The translations under genes and the position numbers were made by a program. The notes beneath the pieces are model-generated. The model saw nothing but the letters and a program-made list of their open reading frames with translations, was not told where the DNA came from and made no database searches. Shown here piece after piece: positions 1 to 12,000 of a stretch of DNA of 64,000 nucleotides; position 1 is the first letter of the stretch, and every line of letters starts with the position of its first letter. The stretch is from a virus, in the IMG/VR virus record IMGVR_UViG_3300034095_001343, positions 50,930 to 114,929 of that record; one strand, given 5' to 3'.

Positions 1-1
1 C

Positions 2-223
2 CCTAAAGAAGTTATTATACAAGCTGCTGCAAGACAAAAGTTTATTGATCAATCACAGTCATTAAATATAATGATTCATCCATCAGTACCAGCTAAAGAT
101 ATTAACCAGCTTTATTTATTTGCACATGAGACGGGAGTTAAAACTCTTTACTATCAATTTAGTCAAAGTTCAGCACAAGCATTCTCAAGAAATATATTAG
201 AATGCGCAAGCTGTGAAGCATAA
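2..223 (+). CDS. nrdA: Ribonucleotide reductase class Ia alpha subunit, C-terminal fragment (truncated by window edge)
   Basis: Manual translation of frame 2: ...QAAARQKFIDQSQSLN...GVKTLYYQ...ILECASCEA*. Contains IDQSQS, the KTLYY tyrosine pair and a C-terminal CxxC, all typical of NrdA. Confidence 0.93.
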   Translation, partial: PKEVIIQAAARQKFIDQSQSLNIMIHPSVPAKDINQLYLFAHETGVKTLYYQFSQSSAQAFSRNILECASCEA

Positions 224-226
224 TTT

Positions 227-273
227 TAAGGGGGAAGATATAAACCATGTAGGTTGAAAATCTGAACCCCTTA
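227..273. terminator. Extended interrupted hairpin between convergent nrdA and virion genes; probable bidirectional terminator
   Basis: TAAGGGG...CCCCTTA outer stem with inner AGAT/ATCT and AACC/GGTT pairings, in the 57-bp gap between the convergent stops. Confidence 0.55.
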
Positions 274-280
274 TAATTTC

Positions 281-3200
281 TTATTTAATATAGAAGTTGG
301 TCAGATTTAAGAATTCATTGTATTTCTTAATTGAATATAATATAGGCACTACATCTGCCCAGTTTTTATAAAGTTTTATTTCTCTCTTTCTAGTTCCTCT
401 TTGATAAACATAATCTGAATCTAAGTAGAAATCTTCTTTACCTTCAACCAGATAAGCAAGCGGTGTCATTACACTTAAAGATAATGCTTCACCAAACTCA
501 CCCAAGGTTCTTGTTGATGCAATAGGAGATTTAAACATTTGATAGATTTGCTGAGCACCTATAGGAGTAAATAGAATAAGTTCCTTATAAGTTCTATCTG
601 CTTGATATCTCATAAAGTTTTCCATTCTCTTTTCAAACTCAGTATCATCATCATCATCTGAGAACATTGCTGCAAGAATACCATTAAGAGCAACTGTCAC
701 CATGATGATTCCAATTTCTCCTAAAGTTCTATAGGCACCAAACAGTTTGTCTCTGGCTCTTTGATCTCTCTGTGAACCATCTCCAGTATAACCATATTGC
801 TCCATAAAGTTCTCACTATGCTTACCAAATTCAAGTTGAAACGTAGCAAGCTGTTTTGTGCTATAAGCTAAAAATTTCCAGAAGGCTCTATATCTACCTT
901 CCATCCATCCTAAGTTTTCATCAAAGTATTCTCTACGAAATCTTGCTTTAATTGCTGGAGCAACCCACTTGTGAAATTGTGCAGCAAGTCTACCAACAGC
1001 ATATGATTGAATAACCATTCTATCATCCTTAGCATAGTTACCGTGAATTTGTTTATTCACTTCACGGATCTTATTTCTAAGTTGATATCTAAAGTCATTA
1101 GTGTATTTGACTTCTTTAATTACTTTAGGCTTTCCTTCATCATCAACATTCTTTCTATCAAGGGTTACAATTGTATCATAACCATCTTTTAGTTTTGCTT
1201 CTTTTGTTTCTGAATCAAATTCAAAAGCATCATACATAGAGATGATATCTCCAGTTGCTTTATTCATGATCATGGTATCTATAAGGATAGCCATACCAAT
1301 CTTAGTCTGAACATTGTATTCAGCCATATCTTGAAGTACATAACCAAAGTCAGCAGCTTTTCTAAACCAAGACTTGCCAATAGGCTCAGGACCAAATTGA
1401 CTTTCACGTATGTCAGATTTAGCATCCATCATTCTAAATAAATCAACTAAAGCTTCATACTTACTTGAAGGCTCTTCAGGATCATAATCTGATTTATTAA
1501 AAGGTTTCTTTGCAACAGCTCCCAATCTTACTACAAGATCTGGCAAAGCTCTTTTGTTAAATTCAAACTCAGCTCTAGCATATGAAGAACCAGCAAAGAA
1601 TCTTTGACCCAGTGCTTCAATAGTATTGTTAATTCTACCTAAAGCATAGTTATTAAAGTTACCAAATGGGTTAAATGCCACATAAGATAAAGATGAATAT
1701 TCCATCAAACCGTCAGTAACTTTTTCTAAGAAGCCTTTAGTGATTCTATCATTGTCATAGTATACCATTGACATCCACTTCTTAGCTCTCTTAACTACGT
1801 TACTTTCAGCTCCACCTTTTTTACCTTTTGGTATGAACTTACCTTTTACCCACTTTCCTAATGTTACTCCAGGATCTGCAGGTTGGTAACTACGTTGTTC
1901 AAGAACTTTAATGAAAGCTTTAAAGGTGTCTTCAACTGTAGACATCACTTCATAATGTTCAGCCATTGAACTGAATCTCATGAGGGCCGTACCCATATCT
2001 TTATTAATCTCACCTTTAGAAGGTCTTGCTTGAATAGTTGCAAGTCTTCCTTTTAAAATAGGCATTTGATTATCATAGGCATCTCTAGTTACAAAACCTT
2101 TCTTTCTGTTATTTTCTAATGCAGTAATCTCTGCATTAATTGCAGCAAGCTCTTCATCTGTTCTTGCTCTTCCTGTATAGAAGATAGGAAGCTGATCAAT
2201 AAGATTACCTTCTTCATCTAATACAATACCTCTCTGTTCTGCAGTTTCTGATACAAGATTGTTAACACTTCTTGTAGCCTTAGACCAAAGCTTACCTACA
2301 ATATTAGGTTTAGCTTTTATATCTTGGAATAATTTACCTTTTACTACGGGCACATTACCTAACATTTGAGATCTATATCCCATAGGTAATTTGCCAAGTA
2401 ATTGATTTTCATAGTAATTTACAAATGCTAAATAAAACTCTTTTTGAGTTTGACCTAATGCATCTGAAGGATTCATAATTTTTTCATACTTTTCACTTAC
2501 CATTCTCTCACCAGTACGCAGATTATAATCATTTGCAATACGGTTTTGTGGTTTAACAGCATGGAACACAGACTCTCTTACAATTGCTCCAGTAAAATTA
2601 CCATTCTGATCTTTTTTAGCATATGTATATTCAACTTCATTAAAATACTTAGCTAAGTAAACTTGATAAGCTCTGTCAGATACACCAGCCTTTCTTCTCC
2701 ATACAGGTTTGCCATTAACCGGAACATAGTATTGGAACTTAGCTCTTTCAGTTTTAAACTCATCAGTGTATTTATGGAAGTCCCCATCCATAAGTTTATC
2801 ATCTAGACCCACTCTTTCAGCAGCCCAGAATGCAGCATACTCAGACTTAGCCTTAGCAAGTTTAATGTTAAACTCTAAATCTTCTTTTTTAGCAGTTGCT
2901 GCTTCACTTACATCTCTATATTCTAAGGCATTACCATTTTCATCATAGAGTTTATCTCTAAGCTCCTGTTGCTTTTTATAGTATTGTCTACCTAATCTTT
3001 GAACATATCTTCCGTTAAATTCACCATCATCGTCAAACTCAAGCATGAAGTCATACATTTCTTGAGTATTCTTATTAGGAGATAGTTTCTGAAGTCTTGA
3101 TGCTAGACCTGCAATAGTTCTGTTTCTTGTTTCTACATTATCCAAAAGCTCTTGCTTTTTAGTCTTGTAGATTTTATCCATTACTGCAAGAATAGTATCT

Positions 3201-6010
3201 CTTGAAGTTGCTAGATCACCAGTACCCAGTTCCATATAATCTATATCACGGGCATGCTTCATTAAATCATTTAAAACATCATCGGTTAAGTCATCTCTTG
3301 TTGACCAATTCTTAATCTGTGCTTTTACATAATTTGTAATAGCTTCATTGATAAGACCTTCTTGCTTTGAGTTACTAACACCCAAATTATTCAATTGAGT
3401 TTGTAACTGTAAGATTAAAGATTTCTGTGTAGCATTGATACCTTCAAGATCTTTTACAGAATATAATCCTTCAAAAGTTTTAATGAATCTATTGAAGTTA
3501 AGAACGTATGTAATGTATTCTGATTTGTCAAAGTTATCTACATTGTTTACATAGTCTGTAAAGTTTTTAATCTGCTTGAAAGCATCTCTTAATAACTCTG
3601 TAAATAGTGCAGCACGTGCCTTAGGACCTTCAGCCATTGCTAAGCTAATGGCAGATAGAGCATTAAGAATATTTTCTTCAGTTTGCTCTCTAGTTCTATC
3701 AATATAGATAGCACTTTTAATCTGCTCCATTGCTTTAAGCTTTGTTGTCAAAGCCATTCTATAGTTTTCTAAAGCTTGTGTAATAACTTCATACTCAGTA
3801 TATGGATCAGCAAAGTCTGTATCTTCTGGCATCTTTTCAGCATCTGTTAATTCTGAATCCCAGTTAACAGCATTGTCTAATGCATCATCAATGTTTTTCT
3901 CTAAATCTTCTAATGAAATTGAGTCAACATTTTTTGGAACAAGAAGATCAACATATAAACTATTTTGACTTGCAGGATGAGCCACCCATTCATCAGATCT
4001 AAACTCACCAGTGAATTCTTGCTGAGCATCTTTACCTTTGATACCAACTTGAATGTGGAAAGTAGAAGCACCCATTTCACTCATGTCTACTTCATAACCC
4101 ATATTTTCAAGCATCCTTCTATACATGTTTACTTGAATACCCTGTTGAGCTCTTGTAGAAAGACTTTCAATCCCTGCCTTTTTAAGATCACTATTTTCTC
4201 CTAGTTTATATTCTTGGTCATACTTAAGTTTACCTTGAAGTCCTACTTTAGTTTTAGCTTGCTCACTTAACACCATATCTCTTACAGAGTTCTTGCTTGT
4301 CTTAAGATCAACAATTCTAAGTTTACCATCTGGCAAAACAACAAGAATGTCAATTGATCCGGCAGTCTTTGACTTCTGGTCATAAACAACAACTTGAGGA
4401 ACGGCAACACCGCCACCTCTAGTAATCTCTCTAAGATTTTCTTGTAATTGTAAATAAGCTTTCTCAGCTTGTTCTCTATTAAGAACTTTCATTTGAGAAA
4501 AGACTTCATCTAATTGTTTATCTGAAGTTAATCCTTGCAATAACTTATCAAAGTCATTACCCAGATCAATGTTCAGTTTCTTATTAAACATATCTTCTTC
4601 AGAAAGCTTTCCTTTAATTCTTTCTGTAGTAGAACTGAAAGTCTCAGTTGTATCTAATAAGTTATAGTATACATGATTCTCTTCATTAAGAACAACAATT
4701 GGTCCTTCAAATCCGGCAGCCATTGAACCAACTTCTTCTTTTGTAGTTTGTGCTTGATGGAATAGTCTATTGATTATTTCAGCTTGAATTGCATTTGATT
4801 GTCTTGTAGCATAATCTACAGTAGACTGAAGTTCAGGAGTTAAAGAAAATCTAATCTTAGCATCTGCTCTAGCCGCTGCGTTAAACTGAATACCAGAAGT
4901 ATTTAACAACTTAGCAATATCAGATAAAGTAGTTGTAGGTTTAATGTCTTGAAGATTAATTCTCACAACTTCAGAAGGTGTTTGAGATGGTTGAACAACT
5001 TCAGAACTTCTTAAAGAAGATATATTAATACCTGTAATATATTTATGAAGATTGTTTATAATATCAGCAAACCAATCCAAAAACTCTTTTACTCTTTCTT
5101 TAAAGGTCTTGGTTGGATTTTCTTCATATTCTTTTTTGAAGTGTCTTGTCAAAGCTTGTGTAACAAGTTCAAGATCTCTGTGTCTTTGATTAAAACCACG
5201 TTTCTCACTATAAGCATCTTCAATTTGCTGACTTAATACTGGAAACATAGTCTTTGCTTCTGATAGTAATGAATCAAACAAAGCTTTATTATCTACAAAC
5301 AAAGCATCTGTAAATGGGTGAAGTATCTCTTCAATAGCTGTCTCATCTGTAACACGTCCTCTAATTAAAACAACTTTATTTGATAGAGGATTGAAATAAG
5401 AATTTACTTTTTCAAAAGGTACATTAGCTTTTTGAAATTCTGAAAGACTATTATAATAAGCTTGTGCCTCAGCAACTGAAACTAACTCTACTTCAACATT
5501 AGGAAACATTCTCATTAAATGAGTAACAACGTGTCTACTTCTAGTTTGATCCCAACCTCTTGTTGATTGCATCATATCTTTAGAAGTAAATACATTCTCA
5601 TCTACAGTAATTTTAACTAAATTTGCAGTAGGTTGAAAATTAACAGCCTTCTCAGGAATGTTATTAATATCAAGATATCTTTTTACTTTGTTCAGATTAC
5701 TTTGCAAAACTTGAGCATCATAAGCTCTAGTTTGTCTGTTAGAGTTATTTATATAATATAAATTACCAATCTTGATAATTAAGTTCTTCCTAGATAAATT
5801 ACCCAGAATAGCTTCTGCAAAATTTCTTTGCTGAATGTTAAAAGCAATTTTCTTATCCTTTAAGAATTGTTTTGCTTGTCCAACTGTAGGAAAAGCTTCA
5901 CTATTATTTACATTTTGCCAAGACGTAATTATTCCATCAACCTGTATATTGCTACTGAAAGCACCTAATAAGTTTTTATATTCTTGGGTATTTCTATTAA
6001 AACATGCCAT
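281..6010 (-). CDS. Giant virion ejection protein (1909 aa) with degenerate zincin-like domain and PD-(D/E)XK nuclease-like domain
   Basis: Directly downstream of the vRNAP gene, as in crAss-like phages. Motifs AIEEILHPF (HExxH-like) and AGSIDILVV...IVDLKTSK...QVNMY (PD-(D/E)XK). Confidence 0.7.
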   Translation of the reverse strand: MACFNRNTQEYKNLLGAFSSNIQVDGIITSWQNVNNSEAFPTVGQAKQFLKDKKIAFNIQQRNFAEAILGNLSRKNLIIKIGNLYYINNSNRQTRAYDAQVLQSNLNKVKRYLDINNIPEKAVNFQPTANLVKITVDENVFTSKDMMQSTRGWDQTRSRHVVTHLMRMFPNVEVELVSVAEAQAYYNSLSEFQKANVPFEKVNSYFNPLSNKVVLIRGRVTDETAIEEILHPFTDALFVDNKALFDSLLSEAKTMFPVLSQQIEDAYSEKRGFNQRHRDLELVTQALTRHFKKEYEENPTKTFKERVKEFLDWFADIINNLHKYITGINISSLRSSEVVQPSQTPSEVVRINLQDIKPTTTLSDIAKLLNTSGIQFNAAARADAKIRFSLTPELQSTVDYATRQSNAIQAEIINRLFHQAQTTKEEVGSMAAGFEGPIVVLNEENHVYYNLLDTTETFSSTTERIKGKLSEEDMFNKKLNIDLGNDFDKLLQGLTSDKQLDEVFSQMKVLNREQAEKAYLQLQENLREITRGGGVAVPQVVVYDQKSKTAGSIDILVVLPDGKLRIVDLKTSKNSVRDMVLSEQAKTKVGLQGKLKYDQEYKLGENSDLKKAGIESLSTRAQQGIQVNMYRRMLENMGYEVDMSEMGASTFHIQVGIKGKDAQQEFTGEFRSDEWVAHPASQNSLYVDLLVPKNVDSISLEDLEKNIDDALDNAVNWDSELTDAEKMPEDTDFADPYTEYEVITQALENYRMALTTKLKAMEQIKSAIYIDRTREQTEENILNALSAISLAMAEGPKARAALFTELLRDAFKQIKNFTDYVNNVDNFDKSEYITYVLNFNRFIKTFEGLYSVKDLEGINATQKSLILQLQTQLNNLGVSNSKQEGLINEAITNYVKAQIKNWSTRDDLTDDVLNDLMKHARDIDYMELGTGDLATSRDTILAVMDKIYKTKKQELLDNVETRNRTIAGLASRLQKLSPNKNTQEMYDFMLEFDDDGEFNGRYVQRLGRQYYKKQQELRDKLYDENGNALEYRDVSEAATAKKEDLEFNIKLAKAKSEYAAFWAAERVGLDDKLMDGDFHKYTDEFKTERAKFQYYVPVNGKPVWRRKAGVSDRAYQVYLAKYFNEVEYTYAKKDQNGNFTGAIVRESVFHAVKPQNRIANDYNLRTGERMVSEKYEKIMNPSDALGQTQKEFYLAFVNYYENQLLGKLPMGYRSQMLGNVPVVKGKLFQDIKAKPNIVGKLWSKATRSVNNLVSETAEQRGIVLDEEGNLIDQLPIFYTGRARTDEELAAINAEITALENNRKKGFVTRDAYDNQMPILKGRLATIQARPSKGEINKDMGTALMRFSSMAEHYEVMSTVEDTFKAFIKVLEQRSYQPADPGVTLGKWVKGKFIPKGKKGGAESNVVKRAKKWMSMVYYDNDRITKGFLEKVTDGLMEYSSLSYVAFNPFGNFNNYALGRINNTIEALGQRFFAGSSYARAEFEFNKRALPDLVVRLGAVAKKPFNKSDYDPEEPSSKYEALVDLFRMMDAKSDIRESQFGPEPIGKSWFRKAADFGYVLQDMAEYNVQTKIGMAILIDTMIMNKATGDIISMYDAFEFDSETKEAKLKDGYDTIVTLDRKNVDDEGKPKVIKEVKYTNDFRYQLRNKIREVNKQIHGNYAKDDRMVIQSYAVGRLAAQFHKWVAPAIKARFRREYFDENLGWMEGRYRAFWKFLAYSTKQLATFQLEFGKHSENFMEQYGYTGDGSQRDQRARDKLFGAYRTLGEIGIIMVTVALNGILAAMFSDDDDDTEFEKRMENFMRYQADRTYKELILFTPIGAQQIYQMFKSPIASTRTLGEFGEALSLSVMTPLAYLVEGKEDFYLDSDYVYQRGTRKREIKLYKNWADVVPILYSIKKYNEFLNLTNFYIK

Positions 6011-6013
6011 ATG

Positions 6014-9000
6014 TCAAAGATAACAATTATTAAAGTGATCTAAAAATTCTTGTTCATTTGTGAACTCACTATTTTCAAACAACTCAATAAAATCTTCAAG
6101 GTCTTGCACCTTAAATTTCATATCTGGATTGTCTCTGTGAGCTTTAAGTTTGTTTCTATTATCTAATGCCGCCTGACTAAATGGATCATCAATATTTGAA
6201 TCCCACCAAGTAGAAAGCTCTGGATATTTATTTTCACCAGCATCATTATCAGCAAGTAGATTATTGAAGAATGAGTTAGCTGAGATATCAATTGCTCCAC
6301 TAAGATCAATTAAATCTTCACCACCAGTTTCATCAACTTCAGGTTCTACAAGATCTTGATTTTCAATTGATTCTGCAGACTCACTTACTTTACTAATATT
6401 CTCACCATTAACTTGGATACCTTTTTCAGTAGCTACTACACTAGAACCTGCTGAAATTTTTACACCTTTTTCCAAATCAATGTTATCTAATACTGAGTCA
6501 ATATCAATTGAATCAAAAGCTGCATCTAAAGGATCTGAAGAGTTTACACTATTTACAAAGCTTCTTAATTTTTTTGTAGTAGGTCTTTCTCCAAACATAA
6601 ATCCAATTGGATTCTGAGCAGTTGAACCTTTTATGTCTACTTCAACGTATTCAGCATAACTACCAACAGCCTTATTATTAAAATTGATTAAATTTTCTGC
6701 TGGGAATAAGCTTTGTGTTTTTGCAAGTACATAGTATCTATACTCAGCTTTATATTCTGATCCAACATTTTGTCTAACAACCATTGGGAATTCTACTTCA
6801 GTGTGATAGTCAGAACCTTTCTTAAGATTGATATTCTTAAAACCCGCCTTAATTAATTCTTCTTTGTTTTTATCAAAAGTATCCGCCAATTGCTTAGTTA
6901 ATTTAGAAACAGGTGGAGTATTTCTTACTGAAGAAACATTGTTTGTTTTATCAAGTCTAGAAATACCAGCATATAAATCTACAACTAATCTTCGTACCAA
7001 GCCTGAAGCATTTACGTGAACAGGAGCTCTTAAGATAGCAGGATCTGCAACTTTTGCAGCTTTCTTTTCTTCTGCAGACTTCTTAGCCTTAGGATCAATG
7101 TTATATTGAAGATCTTGTAAAAGTTTTGCTTTTACATATTCAAATACAACCGGACTATTCTTTTTAAAGTCTGCAAGTTCTGGTGCTGAAATCAAATCTT
7201 TTGCAAAAATAACTTGCTTTCTTTCTGCAATCATATTTGTTAACTGCTCTACTTGCTCATCAAAGATTGTAATAAAGTCTCCTGCTTCAGCATTTGTGTA
7301 GTAAGAAGACTCTATTCTATTCATATCCTTTTTGAAGAACAAGCCAAATGCATTATCCAAACCTCTAACTGAGCTATTACCAACACTACCTTGTTTTGCA
7401 ACGTTATCTCCAAATACATAAATGGCTTCAGGATTAGATGTTGCAAGTGCTTTAGTAAATACTTTAGGCTCAATAGTAATACCTTTTGTTTCTGGAGCAT
7501 AGATTGCAGCTCTTACTTTTTTAATCACATAAGCATTAGGAGCTGAAGTTAGATAACCTTGCATGAAATCAATAACCAAATCATCCAGCTGCATACCAAA
7601 TGTTGACTGAAATACAGTATCATTAGGTCTTTCTATTGCTGCTTGTACAGTATCAATATGAGATAAGTAACCATCAAGAGCAATTGGAGCTACAGATTCT
7701 ACAATAGATTTATAACCATACTGAAGACCATCTTTAACCATCATATAATGAACAAGTGTCTTTGCATCAGATCTTGTTAAAGGATTTGCATACAAAGTCA
7801 TAAAGCCATTTTGGATATCTAGCTTTTGTGAATCATTATATCTTAAGAATGTATTTGCTCCCGCTAAATTTAAACCAGTCTTATTACCTTTCAAATTTGC
7901 TTTCTCTGTGATGATAAAAGACTTTAAGAAATAATTATTAGCACCTTCTTCAGTTGCTCTAAGTCTGTCTAATACTGCGGTTATATTCTCAACACCATCT
8001 TGATTATAAATTAATCCATTAGTAAGAGTAGCTACAGACTGTGCGTTATTAACTAAACCATTATGCATGTAAGCCTTAATAGTTAAGTATGATAAAAAGT
8101 CTCTAGCAATTTTAGTTTTAGTTTTATCTCTTAGTTCATAAGGTAGATTGTTTACAGTACTTTGGTAAACTACTTCATCAGTTACTCTTCTAAATAGAGG
8201 GCTTGCTGAAAGAACCACTTTAGGTAATAAGAAATTAGTAAACTCCTGGAATCTTTCAAGATAACCAGCTTGCCATGTTTCACCTTTAAATATAGGTCTA
8301 GCATCAATCATTGGTCTATTAACACCTAATGCTAAGAACTCTTTGTCAGATAAGTTAAGACCTAACTTTTCTGTTGCTTCATTTCTCTTATCAATTGCTT
8401 CAAGACCTTGACCTAAACCATTGGTAAGATTTATGATGTCTCCCATATATTTTGTAGTGTTAGATAAACTAGCAGCATTTAAGAATTGTTCTAAGATTGA
8501 AATTTCTTCAATCACCTGCATTTTTGTAATCTCACCATTTTCTCTAAGTTCAGCCATATCAGCTTTAGTAGCAGTTGCTTTAATTAAAGGAGTGTCAATT
8601 GCTTCCATCAAAGAATTTTGAGTAACAGAAGTTCTTATCTTTTCTTCTTTCTTCTCAAGAAATGCTGTTTGTAATGCTATAATTCTTTCTTCTACAATAC
8701 TTCTTGCATATACTTTTTTATCTGCAGAAGCATTAGCTTCCATAAAATAAGCTTGTCTAATAACAGGGTGGTTAACCAAAAGAACTGAAGTCTTTACAGG
8801 AACGCCTAAAGCTATTAGATTAGCTACAATAGAAAGAGCATTGATATTAAGACCAAGCTTAGCCAAAAGTCTTTCTTTAGCGTTATCCGTTGCTGCAGTA
8901 ATTAAAGCAGATAAGATATACTGAGTTCTTTGACCTTGACTACCATCTTCATTTAACTCAAATGTATTTCTAAAGTTGCTGAATGTAACTCCTCCAAATT

Positions 9001-12000
9001 CAATTTGAGGCAATACTTCTTCACCGCCAACTTTAGTGCTGGCAATTTTTACATCATACTCTTGAAGAAGATTTAAGTATAGGTTAGGTAATACAACCGC
9101 ACCAATTGATCTAGAACCTTCTTTGTTGTTAGCAAACATTCTAAGCTTGCCGTATAGGTTGTCTACATCAATACCTTCTTCTTCAGACAAAGCGGCCCAT
9201 TCAGGAAGTTCTGTCTTAAGTTCATCCCAAAGATCCTTTAAAACTTCTATATCTGCAGCCTCATAAGAAATTGCCACAGCTGTTCTTTGTTTACCGTTTT
9301 TATCCAACGCAGGCTTACCAGTATTTACAGTAGTTGTTTTACCATTCTTATCTAGGAATAAAGGTTTTCTTTCTGTAACATGGTCATTACCCATAAGAGC
9401 AACTTTGTAATCAAGAATATCATTGTTGATTGCTGCAGCATATGGTTCATGTCCAAATTTTTTCTTATAAGTCTTATATTGAGCTAAAGTAACAGGCATT
9501 CCTAATACTAAAAGAGCATTTATTGAATCTTCTTTTAAACCACGACTTTGAGCAGTTAATAAATCTGAATTTGTAATGCTTATATTCTTACCCGTACCCC
9601 TTCCATTATATTTATATAATGCTTCTCCATATATAGAATCTGAATCTTTTACTTTTTCGTTTACATATCTAACATAATCTAAATATTTATTATCTTCTGT
9701 TTTAGCTTTACCATATTCAAAGAACTCTCCATTCTTTTCATAAAACTCTTTAAACTGCATGTAAACCTTATCAATATCAAAGTCAGCTCCTGATATCTCA
9801 ATAAGTTCTCTTGCAAACACACCAGAAGAACCATAAGCGGCAGGCATAAAGTCTATCCACTTAACGTTATAAGTTGAATGGTTATCTTGTGAAGGAATAC
9901 GTACAGCAAACATTTTACCTACAACATCAGGAATAGATTTTCCTTTAAGTTGTAATTCTTTCATCACTTCTTTGTGATGAGGTGGTAATAACATCTCACC
10001 ATACTTTTGTCCTGTTGCTTTTCCTTTTGAGTCATACTCTTTCATGTTATGTCTCAAACGGTCAATAATAACAACACCGGCACCTTTAGATTTTTTTACT
10101 GCATCTTTAAGACCTGCAATATTTTCATCATTACCAGGATAAGAACCTTCATCAATATTAAATAGAATGTCAGGCTTACTAGCCATAGCTTCATATTGTG
10201 CTTCAGTAATAATCTCATGTTTATCTGGCATACCGTTTTCATCTACAGAAAGAACTCTTCTGTAAACTCTTATACCATAGTCAGAAACCAATGATACTGT
10301 TGCACCAGGTACCTTCTCATTAAATACACTCTTACTAAAATAGCTCATAAATAAATTCAAGAACTTATCATAAGTAAGAGGGTTGTTAAGATTATACTTT
10401 TGATTTCCTGATTCATCAAGTGAGAATAGTTCCATCAAATGACTTGAAGAACCTGTAGATGCAAGACTGGCTTCAGCATATCTTAAGTATGTATAAAGAT
10501 CTGCAGTAATAGCATTTTCTTTAATACTCTTCTGAAGTTCATCCATTGCGTAGTCTACATCAAAAGAGAATACTAAATTTCTCTTGTTGATATAATTCAA
10601 GTTACCTCTATCTCTAGTTGCTTTGTGATAAGCAGCTCTTACCTCACCTAATGTTAATTTCTCACCATTGATGATTACTTCTGTTGAATCATTTTGTTCT
10701 GAAGTAACCAAGGTCTTAACCTGAGTAGGATCTGTTATAACAGTTTTGTTAGATGGGTTGATTACCTGCAATCCTAAATAATTAGCATCAAGAGTAACAG
10801 ATTGATCTTGCCCTAATGGAGTTGTTGTTCCAGTAACACCATGAATGTTAGATACATTCTTTTGCATCATCTTTAAGGCTGATCTTGGAGCAGCTACTGA
10901 AACTGTATCATTTTCTTTTTCAAATGCTTCAAGCTTAACTCTTAAGTTATGTAAAGCAAGTTTGTTAGGTTTAGGAATAGTGTAGTTACCTTCAGAATCT
11001 TTCAATGAAGTAAACTGTGGTAATAATGGGAATGCAGACATCTTAACAAATGTTTTACCATCTGCATATACAAGCTTCTGAGAGTTGAGCATTTCTTGTC
11101 TCTTAGCATATCCTGTAGATTCTTCTGTCCCAAAAATATCCTCAGCACTAATATCCTCACCTCTTTCAATTCTATCAAACAATTCTGCTTGAGCCGGAGT
11201 AAGTTTACCAAAACCATATTGGAAGTTACGGAAAGCTTTAGTAGTCATCCATAACTGAGCATCCGCATTCTTAACTTCACCTACATTGTATGTTGCATTA
11301 ACAATAGGTTCTGTTAATTCAAACAATGAGATTTCTTGTAATGGTTTAAAAATACCATACTCTGGTGCAGCTACTGTACTTGCAGCACTATAGTAAGATG
11401 CAGATTGTGCTTTTGCTCTTTTAATTTCATCAACAGCATCTTTCAAACTATAAGCACTATCACCTAACAAAATCTGATTGATAGCTGTGGTATTAATATA
11501 ATCATTAAAGAAGATCTGCTTTAAGTTGTATTCAGTATCTTCAGGAATAATGTTTAGTAATCTAGCAGATTTTTGGGCATCTCCAGTTACTGCACCACCT
11601 GCTGTCTGAATACCATTGGTTAAGAAAGTTCCTAACCCACCTTGTGAATCAACAACTTTCTTGTTAGTTTTTGAACCAACAAGTTCATCTAGTGTAATAT
11701 TAAACTCTGCAAATTCTTGGTCCATTCTATTTTGCAAGAATGCTTTCAACTCTGATTCCTTTATACCAAGCTTTTGGATAGCTTCAGCAAAAGTTAATCC
11801 TGCAAACTCTGGAGAACGTGCAGCTTCGGTTAGTTTATTTACGTAACCTTCTACTTCAAATCCACCAACAAGACCTGCAACTTGTTCCATTAAATTAGCT
11901 TCTCCAGCTTCCATCAAATCATACATGTACATAGGTTTCTTACCTTGTAAGAAATTTTGCTCATTGCTTGACTCTACATAGAACTTCTTAGTTCCAATAC

